From: Octopus sinensis
Taxonomy: Eukaryota
Direction of reading: 5' to 3'
DNA: 64,000 bases
Assembly (NCBI RefSeq): GCF_006345805.1
Contig: NC_043001.1
Span: forward strand, 101,184,001 to 101,248,000
Shown in pieces: positions 48,466 to 61,132 of this stretch. Position 1 is the stretch's first letter; the number at the start of each line of letters is the position of its first letter. A program made the translations under genes and the position numbers. Below the pieces are notes generated by a model. That model searched no databases, had not been told where the DNA came from, and worked only from the letters and a program-made list of their open reading frames with translations.

Positions 48466-49184
48466 TAATTGTTTGTAAAGAAACAAGCAGAAACGACAGT
48501 GATGATTCTGCTGAGGAATTGGTAAGGTTCTTCTCATTCTTCTTGCATTAGAGTTTCAGGATTATTATGGCGAGTTCTGGAAGTGGTTCTGGAAAATGGC
48601 CAACAGCTTTTGTTGCTCACACAATTGTAACGAACTTCAGATGAAAATTGATATGTACAATATTTCCTAAAAATTGTGCTAGAGGTCTTGGTCTCAGGAC
48701 CACGCATGTCTAGAAGCTGAGGTTGGGGGTAAGCAAGGGCATGTTCCCCGTAGAAAATCCAGCTCCAAAAAAGCCTCTTGATAGCAAAGGAGAATGGGCA
48801 CCAGCCAGCTAGCCAGCCCAAAAGTTGGGGTGGGGATGTACCTGCCTACCTTGGTTGCTATGGTATTGAGGTAGATCCGGCCACCCTCGTTTTCAGGGAC
48901 AAAACTCGTATTTAAAACACTGGATGATGATGAATGTATTGACCATTTAATTTCTCATAGAAGTGAAATGTGAACAGTGAAGGTAGAGGCCTTGAAGTAA
49001 GAGAAAGAATGTGATATGATAGGATGATATTTTGGGTATAAGCTTAGAAAGAAGTTTGAAGGTCTATAAATTGAGGAAGAAATTGCATATTTGAGAAATT
49101 GGTACGAATCAAGAGGTTAAAGATATATAGTTGAATAGTGGTGTTATGTTGAAATGAGTGGAATTGAAAATTAATATAGATAAA

Positions 49185-49410
49185 TCATGGTTGGTGCCAG
49201 TGTCATGTAAATGGCACCTGTGCCAGTGGCACATAAAAAGTGCCCATTACTCTTTCGGAGTGGTTGGTGTTAAGAAGGGCAGGCATCCAGCTGTAGAAAC
49301 CACACTAAATCAAACTGAAACGTGGTGCAGCTCTCTGGCTTACCAGTTCCAATCAAACTGTCTAACCCATGCCAGCATGGAAAGCAGACGTAAAATTATG
49401 ATGATGACGA
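49185..49410 (+). mobile_element. S3 element
   Basis: GGCACATAAAAAGTGCCC...GGAGTGGTTGGTGTTAAGAAGGGC...CCATGCCAGCATGGAAAGCAGACGT. Confidence 0.75.
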
Positions 49411-51269
49411 GGAGGAGAAGGGGGAAGAGGAGAGTAAACATTGTGTAGGTAATTTATAATTTAGAAAGTTGGGTCTTATTGTCATGTGACCAAGAGGTGG
49501 ATCAGTGTGATGTGAAGAGATTACTGTATAGACTGCTAAGACAATTATTACGTAGGGACGTGCATCAGAGAGAAATTGTTACATAAGTGTAAGGAGAAAA
49601 GCAAATATCCACCAAAGGAGAGAGGAATATGCATTTGTTATCGTTATCTGCCGAGCAATGATAGACTAATAGTGTTCTGTCTAAATATTGATGGGTCCAT
49701 ATTCTGTCAACAGCACTACAATGTGGTCCTTTTTCAGGGAACCAAGACTGATGGTGACAATGTAATATATATATTCAGCTTAAATTTCTGGGAAGAGAGA
49801 AAATAGATAAGACATGAATAAGGACTGTAAGGGAACGGGGTGGGGAGAGGGAGCTGGGACCTTTGTGCTAGTGGAGGAAACCAAGAGTAGGCTTGTGGTT
49901 GTGGTGACCTGACAGCAATTTTCCAAACAGTTCGATGATCTTTAATCAAATAGAATGTTTATGTACAGTAAGCTTCTTTATTCTAGATGTATGAGCAATG
50001 CTATAATACCAGTTAAACTTGCTGTACCTTGTAAAATATCAATAACTGGCCAGAGCTGAAGTAATTTCTGCTCCTGCCTTGGGTATAACCTGAAATTTCT
50101 CTTTCAGAATGTTAACGGTTTACCTAAGGAGAATATTGTATGATTATAATACAGAAATGCCATACCTGGCAATTCTGAGTTTATGCAAATATATAATTTC
50201 TGAATGGCTTTAAGGAAGAAGATGATGAGAGTCGAAGGCAAAGCATTGTCAAGAAAAATAGGACATCTGACCAGGAATTCTCTACTTCTTACAGGGCAGT
50301 CTTGTAAAATCCTAAAGAAAATAGTTTGTTAAAATTCACAAGCATTTTTTAAATTTCAAATCATAAGAAAACCATTACAAGGCAGGATTGCATTTTTTGA
50401 GAATTGCTTGGCAAATACAGCCTAGATTGTCAGTTTAATACCACTAAAGAGAAGAGATTAACAAATAACAATTGTAAGAAATTTGTTTCCAGGCTTTTTC
50501 TTTATTGAATGCCATCGTAAGGATTTCTCGTCTCAGCATAAGGCCAGGAATTTGAAGGAGGGATGAGTCAATTAAATCTACATCAATACTTGACTGCTTC
50601 TTCATTTTATTGTCACTCTAAGGATGAAAGGCAAACTCTGATAAAATTAAATAATTAAAAGAAAATGGCTTGGAAATTATATAAAATAATCTGATTAAAT
50701 GTGCAGAAACTTTCTATGGCAAAGTTTTCCACTTGTTGTCAGCTTTTTGATGGGTTAGCAAAATGGATGATCAAATTACATTATCTGTTTATCAAATCAA
50801 ACACCATCATTTTCTTGGTATTGGATGGATATTAATCATATTGCTTGCATATCTGTGCTGTAAAAGGATATCCATACTCTCCTTTGTGAATGTACAATTA
50901 ATCTGTCACAATATATATTACATATAGAACTTTACATTTCGTTTGCCATGTATTAAAGCTTAGCTTTCAGATTTGCACAGTATGAACAAAATTAATCAGG
51001 AAATTGTGACAAACATGGACACATATCTTGATCAATGTGAGCAAACGTTGATTTGGCCTTATCACATCTGTAACATGGTTTGCTGTGGAATAGCTTCGTT
51101 GCACAATTGACATTTGTTGAAACAGACTATCGAGTTTCAATATTAAGCAAATTTTTAGAAATTCCTATTTAGGAATCTTGTAATAGATTACCGAAATACA
51201 ATCTGTTCCTGCATTTCATGGAATTCACTTCAATATTCTATACACAAACTATATGAATATTTAAACTAC

Positions 51270-51444
51270 ATTACACACACACACATACACACACACACAA
51301 GCACATACACAAACACATGCACATACACACAAACACATACACACACAATTATGCGCAAATGCATGCACACCCCACCTCCCCACATATAAACACACACACA
51401 CAGCCACAGATGCATAAATGAATACATATACATATAAACATATG

Positions 51445-51489
<45 letters not shown>

Positions 51490-51520
51490 ATGTGTGTGTA
51501 CACATATATATATGTATATG

Positions 51521-51567
<47 letters not shown>

Positions 51568-51780
51568 TATATACATTTATATATAAGACTTATACATATA
51601 TCCACACACACATATATACTTATACACACGTATGTGTGTGTGTGTGTGTTTGTTTGGTTAAGAATCCAAAGCAGCAAAAATAACTATATAGTTAAACAAA
51701 CAAGTTAAATGCAGCGTCAATGATTTCATCTCTGATATGCAAAGTGCATGTGTGCATGTGTGCATGTGGGTATGTGGGTA

Positions 51781-51813
<33 letters not shown>

Positions 51814-52190
51814 TTTTGCGGGTGTATGTGGTACACTCACGTTGGTAGAGGGTATCTTTGATAAAATACATTCAGAAAATGAAATACTGTACACAATCTA
51901 CAGTTTGGTATTCATTGAAAAGCAAAATAGTTTATCTTCATTGTTTCATGGTAATATACATATGTGTGAGTGTGTGTGTGCACGTGTTTATGTGTGTGTT
52001 TGTGTGTGTGTGCACGCGCATGTGTGTATATGTATATGTATCTACATATGTGTATGTATGTACACACACACATATGTATGCATACATTACATAGACACAT
52101 GCTGTGTATATATATATATATGTGTGTGTGTATGTATATATGTATGTTTATCTATATATCTGTGTGTATACTTTTAGCATGTGTGTGGCA
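51270..52190. repeat. (CA)n/(TA)n/(TG)n microsatellite cluster
   Basis: Visible runs. Confidence 0.9.
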
Positions 52191-52827
52191 ATTGAGAGTG
52201 TATCTTTGTGTGTTTGTGCTTATTAATATAAGTTTGTATGCGTATGATTCTGCATTGATATGCAAAAATCAAGATCTTCGCAGCGTGCCATATACAGTAT
52301 TGAGGATATAAAATTCTCATAGCAGCTTCCTTTGTAGTAATCAGTATGCAATTTAATATGCAGTATATGTGTATAGCCCAGTGAAATATTGCAGCATTAT
52401 CTCATTGTTTAGTGAAATTTCCATGGAAATATGTTCAAGGATATTTTTATCTATGTAGTATGTTCAAGGGAAATTAGGAAGTTTACATACATGTGTATGA
52501 GAACACATTCACATCTCCTCCAGTACAAATACCTATACACATGCAACCGAAAAAGTACTAACATGCATGTAAATTTTTGTATGTATATATATATATATAT
52601 CGGCAGATGAATATTTAACTAAACTGCCAAACACGGACATGTCCATACCAACACGCATACATATCACAGACATACAAATAAGACGCATGACCATTTACAA
52701 GTATTGACATGTATACACATGTAGCATAATGTAAAAATTATTACTATCCACATTTCAGCACTTAAAAACAGACATTCATTTTTACACACACACATATGTA
52801 TATATATACATACATATATGTATATGT

Positions 52828-52893
<66 letters not shown>

Positions 52894-53259
52894 GTATGTA
52901 TTATGTATGTATGTATGAATGTATATGCATAATTATTCATAGCAACAATCTTTTCAAAGATCACACAAAAGCGAATATATAACACACTTGTATTGTATAA
53001 GTTATTTATAAATACTCATAGTTTCTTTATTTCAGCATTCTTATGAATATGGATACATTCCTGTATGTAATACATGCAATCACACACATGGATATACACA
53101 TAGAGATGAAAACTCATACACACACACACATACAAACATACACATGCAAACATGTACATGTGCATGCACACACCCACAGGCACACACATCAACATCATCA
53201 TCGTCGCTGTCATTGTCATCAATGTCATTACTATCATCACTGTGCGTCTTGCTCATCAA

Positions 53260-53319
<60 letters not shown>

Positions 53320-53811
53320 TATCAACATCATCATTGTCGTCGTCATCATATAATCCTCCTCCTCCTCCTCATCGTCATCGTCATCATAATCATCATTGTT
53401 TTAACATCCAATTCTCCCAGCTTGCATGCAAGAGGCAAGACTGGTTGAAGCAGATTTTCTACGGCTGAATGCACGTCTTGCCACCAACCCTCGCGTGTTG
53501 TTGCTAAGCAAAAAATATTTCCCTAGTTTTTCAGTGGCCAAACATGTTTTCCCAGATAATTGCCAAAAAATGGTAGTATTTGTTAAAAACTGACTTTACT
53601 CATAATCAAGATGCAAATGCCAGGATGCACAGACTGAAACATGCACACATATATTCCTCCATGAGCAAGATCTCACCTTCTCCCTTGTTGCATCCTGTGA
53701 AAACGTCCAACCCATGGCAGCATGAAAAGTAGCTGTGGAAATGATGATGATGACAATGATGATGACGATGATGATGATGATGAACTTTGAATATCTACCC
53801 ATCTTGAAGGC

Positions 53812-54095
53812 ATATGGTGCAGTGATTAGGGCACTCAACTCAGCAGCGTAAGATCATAAGTTTGATTGCTCCAGTCACATTGCCTCAGTCCACTCAGCTG
53901 TTAAAAATGAATTGTACCTGTAATTCTAAGGTCCAGAATTGTCACACTCTGTGTCACACTGAATCTCACTGAGATCTACGTTAAGGGTATGCATGTCTGT
54001 GGAGTACTCAGCCACTTGCATGTTAATTTTGTGAGTAGACTGCTCCATTGATTGAATCAACTGGAGCACTCATTGTCATAACTAACAGAGGGCCA
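53812..54095 (+). mobile_element. S4 SINE
   Basis: TGGTGCAGTGATTAGGGCAC head and the S4 body. Confidence 0.75.
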
Positions 54096-54123
54096 GTCAT
54101 AGATCTATCTATCTATCTACATC

Positions 54124-54370
54124 TCCGTTTGTCTGTCCTTGTTGGTCCTCTCTGTGTTTAAATCCTTGTGGGTAGTAAAGAAATAGGTATTTTCATCTGC
54201 CATTACGTTCTGGGTTCAAATTCCGGCAAGGTCAACTTTGCCTTTCATCCTTTCAGGGTCGATAAATTAAGTACCAGTTATGCACTGGGGTCGATGTAAT
54301 CGACTTAATCCGTTTGTCTGTCCTTGTTTGTCCCCTCTGTGTTTAGCATCTTGTGGGTAGTTAAAAATAA
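54124..54370 (+). mobile_element. S1 SINE variant with a ~62-bp terminal direct repeat
   Basis: TCCGTTTGTCTGTCCTTGTT...CTTGTGGGTAGT at both 54124 and 54309. Confidence 0.82.
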
Positions 54371-54900
54371 AATTTACACTCAGAAACAAAGATTAAGTTG
54401 TGTTTATTTTTGAGAGATATTTACGCCAGAGTAGAAGGCTCAGCAGAGCAGTGCACCTCCTCCAACAACAGCCGCCATGTACCACTAGCATACATGCCTA
54501 TACACCTTTTTGTGTGTGTGTGTGTATGCATACAAGTATTTAATTAATGAAATAGATTGAAATGATTTCAAGCGTCAGTGATAGAAAAATGTTCGTTATG
54601 TCATGGCTGCTTGTAAGATATTATCCACATCATTAACAGCTGCCGAAAAATGTCAGCCAGATATGACCTTCCTGTGAGGCATGATATGATAGCAAAAAAA
54701 AGAAAAAATGGAAGAAATAATGGAAAACATTTGCAAAACCATGGATGTATGAGGCTATTTGTAAAAAAAAATAATAAAAATATCAGAAGTAAAGTTCAAT
54801 AGGCCTGGAAAGCAGGCACATCTATGGAGGAAAGAAAAGAAAGAAATGAAAAAGAATAAAAAATATTAGAGAAAAATTCCATTGCAGTCATTTACTAAGT

Positions 54901-55323
54901 GCAGCAGCAACAGCAACTGCAGCAGCAACAGCATCTGCAGCAACAACAGCAACTGCAGTGGCAACAGCATCTGCAGCAGCAACAGCATCTGCAGCAGCAA
55001 CAGCAACTGCAGTAGCAACATCATCTGCAGCAGCAACAGCATCTGCAGCAGCAACAGCATCTGCAGCAGCAACAGCAACTGCAGCAGCAACAGCAACTGC
55101 AGCAGCAACAGCATCTGCATCAGCAACAGCAACTGCAGTGGCAACAGCATCTGCAGCAGCAACAGCAACTGCAGCAGCAACTGCAGCAGCAACAGCAACA
55201 GCAACTGCAGCAGCAACAGCATCTGCAATGGCAACAGCATCTGCAGCAGCAACAGCATCTGCAGCAGCAACAGCATCTGCAGCAGCAACAGCAACTGCAG
55301 CAGCAACAGCATCTGCAGCAGCA
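54901..55323. repeat. 18-bp minisatellite GCAGCAGCAACAGCA(T/A)CT, about 23 units
   Basis: Visible tandem array; long stop-free frames on both strands. Confidence 0.95.
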
Positions 55324-55629
55324 GATTTCTATGTCTCATTTGTGGTAAAAGACAACATTTATGGTCAAATGCAAGAGAACTTGAGCCATTGGAGTTTCTA
55401 TATTGTCTCTAAACCTGCTAAAAATGATGCATAAATTTACCTCAAATCGCCCTCTATCACCTTAGAGAAGGGCGAATCTTTGGCTAAGTGCTAGTGGTGT
55501 TGTTTAGCCTTACATTAACACTGATCAGGTAGAATTATAATTAAAAGTATCTTAGCTATGACCCTTGTGTCTTTTATTTTATTGGTGGAGAAGATGGTAT
55601 TTAGGACTGCCTTATTTTCTGTCCAGCCT

Positions 55630-55835
55630 TCCTTTATATTGATTTCAAATTATGGCACAAGGCCTGCAATTTTGGAGGAAGGGGATAAGTCGATTACATC
55701 AACCCCAGTATTCAACTGGTACTTACTTTATCGGCCCAAAAGGATGAAAGGCAAAGTCAATCCCAGTGGAATTTGAACTCTGAGCATAAAGACAGAGCAA
55801 AATGCTGCTAATGCTTCTGCCAGTTTCCTACCTTA
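55630..55835 (-). mobile_element. S1 SINE
   Basis: AAGGATGAAAGGCAAAGTCAATCCCAGTGGAATTTGAACTC. Confidence 0.8.
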
Positions 55836-56404
55836 ACTTTCCTTTATATTGAGAAGACTTGGCAGCTATTTCCTTCAGATTGAGTGACTGGATACAGGTT
55901 CCCCTGTCAGCTGTTTATGAAATGTGAACTTGGATAATAATAAGAATTGTTTTACATAATCCCATTGCTAAGTGTTTTACTGGAAAATTCAACAGGAATT
56001 GGTTGGACTCTGCAGTGTTTTACTGCAGATTACTTCTACAACACTTGAGAAAGGAATGGCTCTTCATTTTCTTTTGCAGTGACTCTGTAAAATCCTGAAT
56101 ATCTCAGGGCAAGATAAGTATCGCAATTGCCAGATTTAATGTCCATATTGTGTGAGTGACAGTTATGATGGCCACGTTAGATAGCAGGCAATAGTATTTC
56201 AAGACAATTGTTTGGGGTGCAGGAGAGCTTTTTCAAGACATTTGTAAGAGTATCATGTTCAAGGGCTGTATCGATCACAAAATATGGAAATGTTGCCTAT
56301 AAAACCATAAAAGTGAGCAAGCAGCAAAGATGTAATGATTATGGAAGAGAACAAGGCAGCAAACAGCCGGAATCATTAGCATAACAAGCAAACTGCTTAG
56401 TGGC

Positions 56405-56570
56405 AGCTGAGCCATCTTTATGCACTGAGTTCGAACTCCACTGGAGGTGGCTTTGGCTTTCATTCTTTCAGGGTTGATGAAGTAAGTACCAGTTGCACCC
56501 TGGGGTCAATGTAATTGACTTACCCCACTACCCCCAAATCTCTGGCCTTGAGTCAAAATTTGAAACCGTT
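56405..56570 (+). mobile_element. S1 SINE
   Basis: GAGTTCGAACTCC...GGCTTTCATTCTTTCAGGGTTGATGAAGTAAGTACCAG. Confidence 0.7.
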
Positions 56571-57169
56571 GCTAGGGAAGAGGACAAGATGGTGAATTGG
56601 AAGAATTGGTAAAGCAGTGCAAAAACTTCCTTCCTACACACGATCTGGTTGCTTGCATTTTGAGTTGAAATCCTGCTGAGATCAGCTTTGCAACCAGCCC
56701 ACCATCCACATGTCACCTGCTTGTCTGCTGCATTATTTTTACTCTGTTGCTCTTCCCTACTTCCTGCCAGTCATCACCTACTCTCCCTTAACTTCCATAC
56801 ATCTCACATTTATCTTTGTCTACTCCTTCACTTCTGGCCACCATTCAGCACATTCACTTCCGCTGCCACCTCATCACTAACCATTCTTTACTCTCACAAT
56901 ATATTTTTCCATCCATTTCCCACACAATCTTCTCATCCATCTCTCTTCACTCTCTTTTCACCCTCTTGCTCCTTCAGGGCTCAACCTGACACCGTGTCCC
57001 CAGCATCTTTATCACTCTGTTCATCTTCACCCTGATTATCCCTTCTATAATGCCTGACAGCCATGTATCGCTTCTACAGCAACAAACCTTTTCCTACCCC
57101 TTCTTTCGTGACATATCCTCTCAACACCTTGCTTAAAGCACCTCTCTTTCTGCTATGGTCCCACTCACT

Positions 57170-57569
57170 CGAGGGGGATCTTGGGCTTGAGAGTTCCAAG
57201 ACGACCTCACAAGGGCTGGTGCCACATGAAAAGTGTCCAGTCCACTCTGCAAAGTTTGCTTGCATTAGAAAGAGTATTTGGGTGTAGAATCTACGTCCCA
57301 ATGGGTCATGATGCAATCCTGCAACTCATCAGATCCTATTGAACTGTCCAGGCCTTGCAAGCGTAGAAGACAGATGTTAAATGATTATACAGTGTCGGGG
57401 CCACTTAAAAGCACCAAATCCACTCTGCTGAGTGGTTGGTGTTAGGAAGGGCATCCAGCTGTAAAAATCCTGCCAAAACTGTCACAGAAGCCTGGTGCAG
57501 GCTTCCGTCTCACCAGCTTCTATCAAGTCACCCCACCCATGGAAGGCAAACGTTAAACAATGATGATCA

Positions 57570-57570
<1 letters not shown>
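57170..57570 (+). mobile_element. Two S3-related elements in tandem
   Basis: GGTGCCACATGAAAAGTGTCCAGTCCACTCTGC and GAGTGGTTGGTGTTAGGAAGGGCATCCAGCTGTAAAA. Confidence 0.65.
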
Positions 57571-57615
<45 letters not shown>

Positions 57616-60066
57616 TACACACCATACACATAGATACACAGGCAGACAGATAGATATGTGTTTGTTACATTATGTTACATATATATATATGTATGCATGC
57701 ATGTGTGTGTATATGTATGCTTGTCTATCTGTCAGTCTGTATGTATGCATATGTGTGTGTGTATATATGTCTTTCTGCCTGTCTGTTTGTCTGTATATAT
57801 ACATGTATGTATGCACACATGTATTTACGTGTGTGTGTATATATGTTTGTATGTCTGTATGTATGTATGTATGTCTCTCTGTATGTATGTGTATGTACGT
57901 CTGTCTATCTGTATGTATGTAGCTATGAAACGAGAACTACAGAGAGAAAGCAAAATGAAGAAGTAGTGTTCAGAGGAGAAAATTGATTAAAAGACATAGA
58001 TAGCCATAGGAGCTAAGTCTCTTTCTCATAAATTCCATGATAATGATCTGTTATTTAAGGAAAGAGAAAGGAAATTTGTGTAAGAATTAAGCCATATCTT
58101 GTTGACTGTTATTTAATGTATTTAGCTTTAATTGGAACTACTTCATTAATAAAACTGATTAAATCCTTCAGCTAAATCCTTCTCTAAGTTACAACATGCT
58201 AAAAGGACTTAATTCTCAATCTTCAAGTTAATATCTGTAGATTTTCTATGAGATTACACTTCTGATATGCTTAACTTAACAAATGATTTCCTTGTCATTT
58301 GTTCACTACAGTATAGTCAACAAATACTGTAAGGAAGTCCACTATGAATTATTTATTGGAAATAATATGTATTTTCCTTGTCATCTTATTGAACAAGACG
58401 ACTGCAGTAAAAGCAGCAGAAATTAGTTGGCAGATAGTGGAGGGTTTATGACAATGCACATACTTGAAAGCTAAGCTGTCAGTTTCCTTAGGAACTATAT
58501 TGATAACATGTTAAACTTTATCTCGCTTAACAACTTTTATTATTTTTAAGATAAGGCAAGAATCCTTACTGAATATTGTTCCAGCCATTTGAGCAAGATG
58601 GCTGAACAATGAAAATACTAAATATTTTATTTCAAAGAAACATATAATTTCTATAGCTGATGTCAGAATGTTAATAATACTCAGAATTTTGTGAACTCTT
58701 TCTTTCAGAAGGAATATTATCTTGACTTTATTCTTAAGAGGAAAATAAAAGTCTGTATATTTATCCTCTTTTCTCTCTTTTCGGCTTATAGTACAAATGA
58801 AACGTATAAAACTACATTCGATTTTATTGAGAAATAGAGATCTGGGGTTAATTTTCACTGCTGTTTTAATAACTGGCAACAGTAAAGAGATATTTAAGAG
58901 TTTTTTCACTTCTATTTATGATGAATAACAGGAAGAATTCGACTGCAATGTTTGAAATATTAATGCATTATCTGTGGGCTTCTTTTTCTTTGTATTATCT
59001 CCTTTTAATGGAGTTCACTTGGGAGGTTGTATATATGAGAGAATAAGGGTAGATGTGTGGGTTGTGTAGAGTTGGAAGTATTATAAGAGAGGTAACAGCA
59101 AGCACTGCTGTTACTAGTCTTTCAATGAAGCCCCATGGTAAGGCAGGCATAGCTTATTATTCTTGTCCATTACCCTAGTTTATTATTCTATAGTCCATTG
59201 CATGTTGGCATAGATCAGCAGATGATTACATTAACCCACAGTATTTGAGTGCTAACCCTGAATGAATTAAAGGCAAAGTTAACTGCAGTGAGATTTTAAT
59301 TCAGAATGTAAGTAGTTGGAAGAAAAACTGCCAGGTTTTTCATCCAACTCTCTAACAACTTGGTCAATCCATCATCTTGGTGTTTCCTTAACCAGTGATA
59401 TTTTATTTTGGTTATTTTTTCCTAAACTAATAAGCCTATTTGTTTTTGTTTGACTAAGGCTTTCACAATCATTGATTTTTCCTGACAGAGACGTCTGCTA
59501 GTTCAAGTTCTCCTTTGAAAAGTAAGTGATGCTATCTACAAGCTCTTCAGCTAGAATATTAATGGTCTCTGATTTCCTTTTACTACACAAAGACTAATAA
59601 AGATTTGTACATAGACACCGAGAGCTATTAACAAAATTGTAAAGATAATTTAAGACATTAAACTGGTTTTCAACAAAATGAGAATAATTGTCGATACAAT
59701 CTGCTCTAAGACATGTACATCATTCGTTAATTTACTTTTATTATTGTGACAATATCAGCTAAACGTTACCTTTTCTTGTACATGGAAATAGCAATTTAGC
59801 GTTAAACTTATTTAAAGCAGGTACAATTAAATATTAATCAATGACTGATATTTCCTCCTATAAGAAGGGGATACAACTGCATTGCTTTTTGCTAAGATGG
59901 ATAGATAATGGTCTTTACTTACTCACAAATGTTTCTGATTTAAAAAGTGGAAGGGAAAATGACCTTATTCTAGTAAATTCAGAAATTTACAACAATTCAT
60001 ACCATAAGGAAATACAAAGGATCAGCCTTTGGATCGGATGATTGCCTTTAATACTCAGTGTGGACA

Positions 60067-60262
60067 AAATGGTGAGCTGGCAGAATCGTTAGCAAGCCAG
60101 GCAAAATGCCTGGTAGTTTTTTTGTCTATCTTTATGTTCTGAATTCAAATTCTGCTGTGGTCAGCATTGCCTTTCAGCTTTTTGGAGTTAGTAAAATAAG
60201 TACCAGTTAAGCACTAGGGTCAATGTAATCTACTTAGCCCCTCCCCTTAAATCGCTGGCCTA
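60067..60262 (+). mobile_element. S1 SINE
   Basis: AAAATGGTGAGCTGGCAGAATCGTTAGC head and the central domain. Confidence 0.8.
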
Positions 60263-60900
60263 TAGTTTTGTATGCAAAACAGTATGTAGGGCAACAAACA
60301 AAGGAGCTTGTGTGCTTTAGAACAATTGCAATAATTGGTAGAAGACAATACAACAGCTTCAAAGCTGTAGGTTCCCTCGTCATTTGTCATAGAAAAGAAA
60401 AAGGAAAGCGGGAGAGGTAAAATGGTAAAGTTAATAAAAGAAGGGGTTGGTTAATGAAAGTATTTAATTAAATGAATCTCGTGAGGGTTATAAACAGAAA
60501 TGTCTTAAGTAAGCTGTACAAAATAGAAACTAATGTTTGGGATGCAACCTCACTAGAGTAAAGAGATCCACTTGGAGCAATCCCTTTGAATTCTTCTCAA
60601 CAGACTAATAGATGCTTCTTCTTATGGTTAGACACTTTTGACAATCAAAGTGATTGCATTCTTCTTGATGTTATCAAAGATTCTATTAATCAAAGGAAGG
60701 GATAAATCGTGAACAATACAAAAACAAGAAAGTGTAAGAATTAGCAGTTTCTGCCACCTGAATAATTTATTGCATCTAATGGAGAAAAGATAAATTTCTT
60801 TGTTGCAATTTTGATGGATCTTAATAATATAATACTCTCAGTTATTATTGGCTGTTGATGTTGTTGGTGTTCAACCCTAGGCCAGTGCTAGTCAAATAGA

Positions 60901-61132
60901 GGGGGAGTTTACGAAAAAAGCAAAAGACGAAGATAGGTGGTGTACAAAACAAACAGATGTATTAGTATAACACTCAGGAATAGAAAAAGTCTTTTACGTT
61001 TCAAGCCTACACTCTTCTACAGAAAGGGACACAGAAAAAAAACAAGGAGAGAAAAAAAGGAGAGGAAAAAAGGAGAGAAAAAGGAGAGAAAAAAATGTGT
61101 GTAGTGGCAAACGAGCTATCATGGTGACCTAT
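60901..61132 (-). mobile_element. Family D PLE-type terminal repeat flanked by a 9-bp direct repeat (possible TSD)
   Basis: TCAAATAGA at 60892-60900 and 61133-61141; homologous to 47355-47522; carries a hammerhead-like motif. Confidence 0.7.
60989..61030 (-). ncRNA. Minimal hammerhead-like motif, family D (A6 to U variant)
   Basis: GUCCCUUU-CUGUAGA-A-GAGU-GUAG-GCUU-GAAAC-GUA-AAAGAC. Helices I and II and the ACGU palindrome are present; position 6 is U. Confidence 0.5.

Noticed and set aside
875-58000. Dozens of ORFs rich in YI, HT, CV, poly-H, poly-L, poly-S or poly-E
   Set aside because: They are translations of (TA)n, (CA)n, (CAT)n, (CTT)n and (GAA)n microsatellites, not genes
58511-58909. 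132-aa minus-strand ORF
   Set aside because: AT-rich, I/K/F/L-biased, no motif; likely a chance ORF
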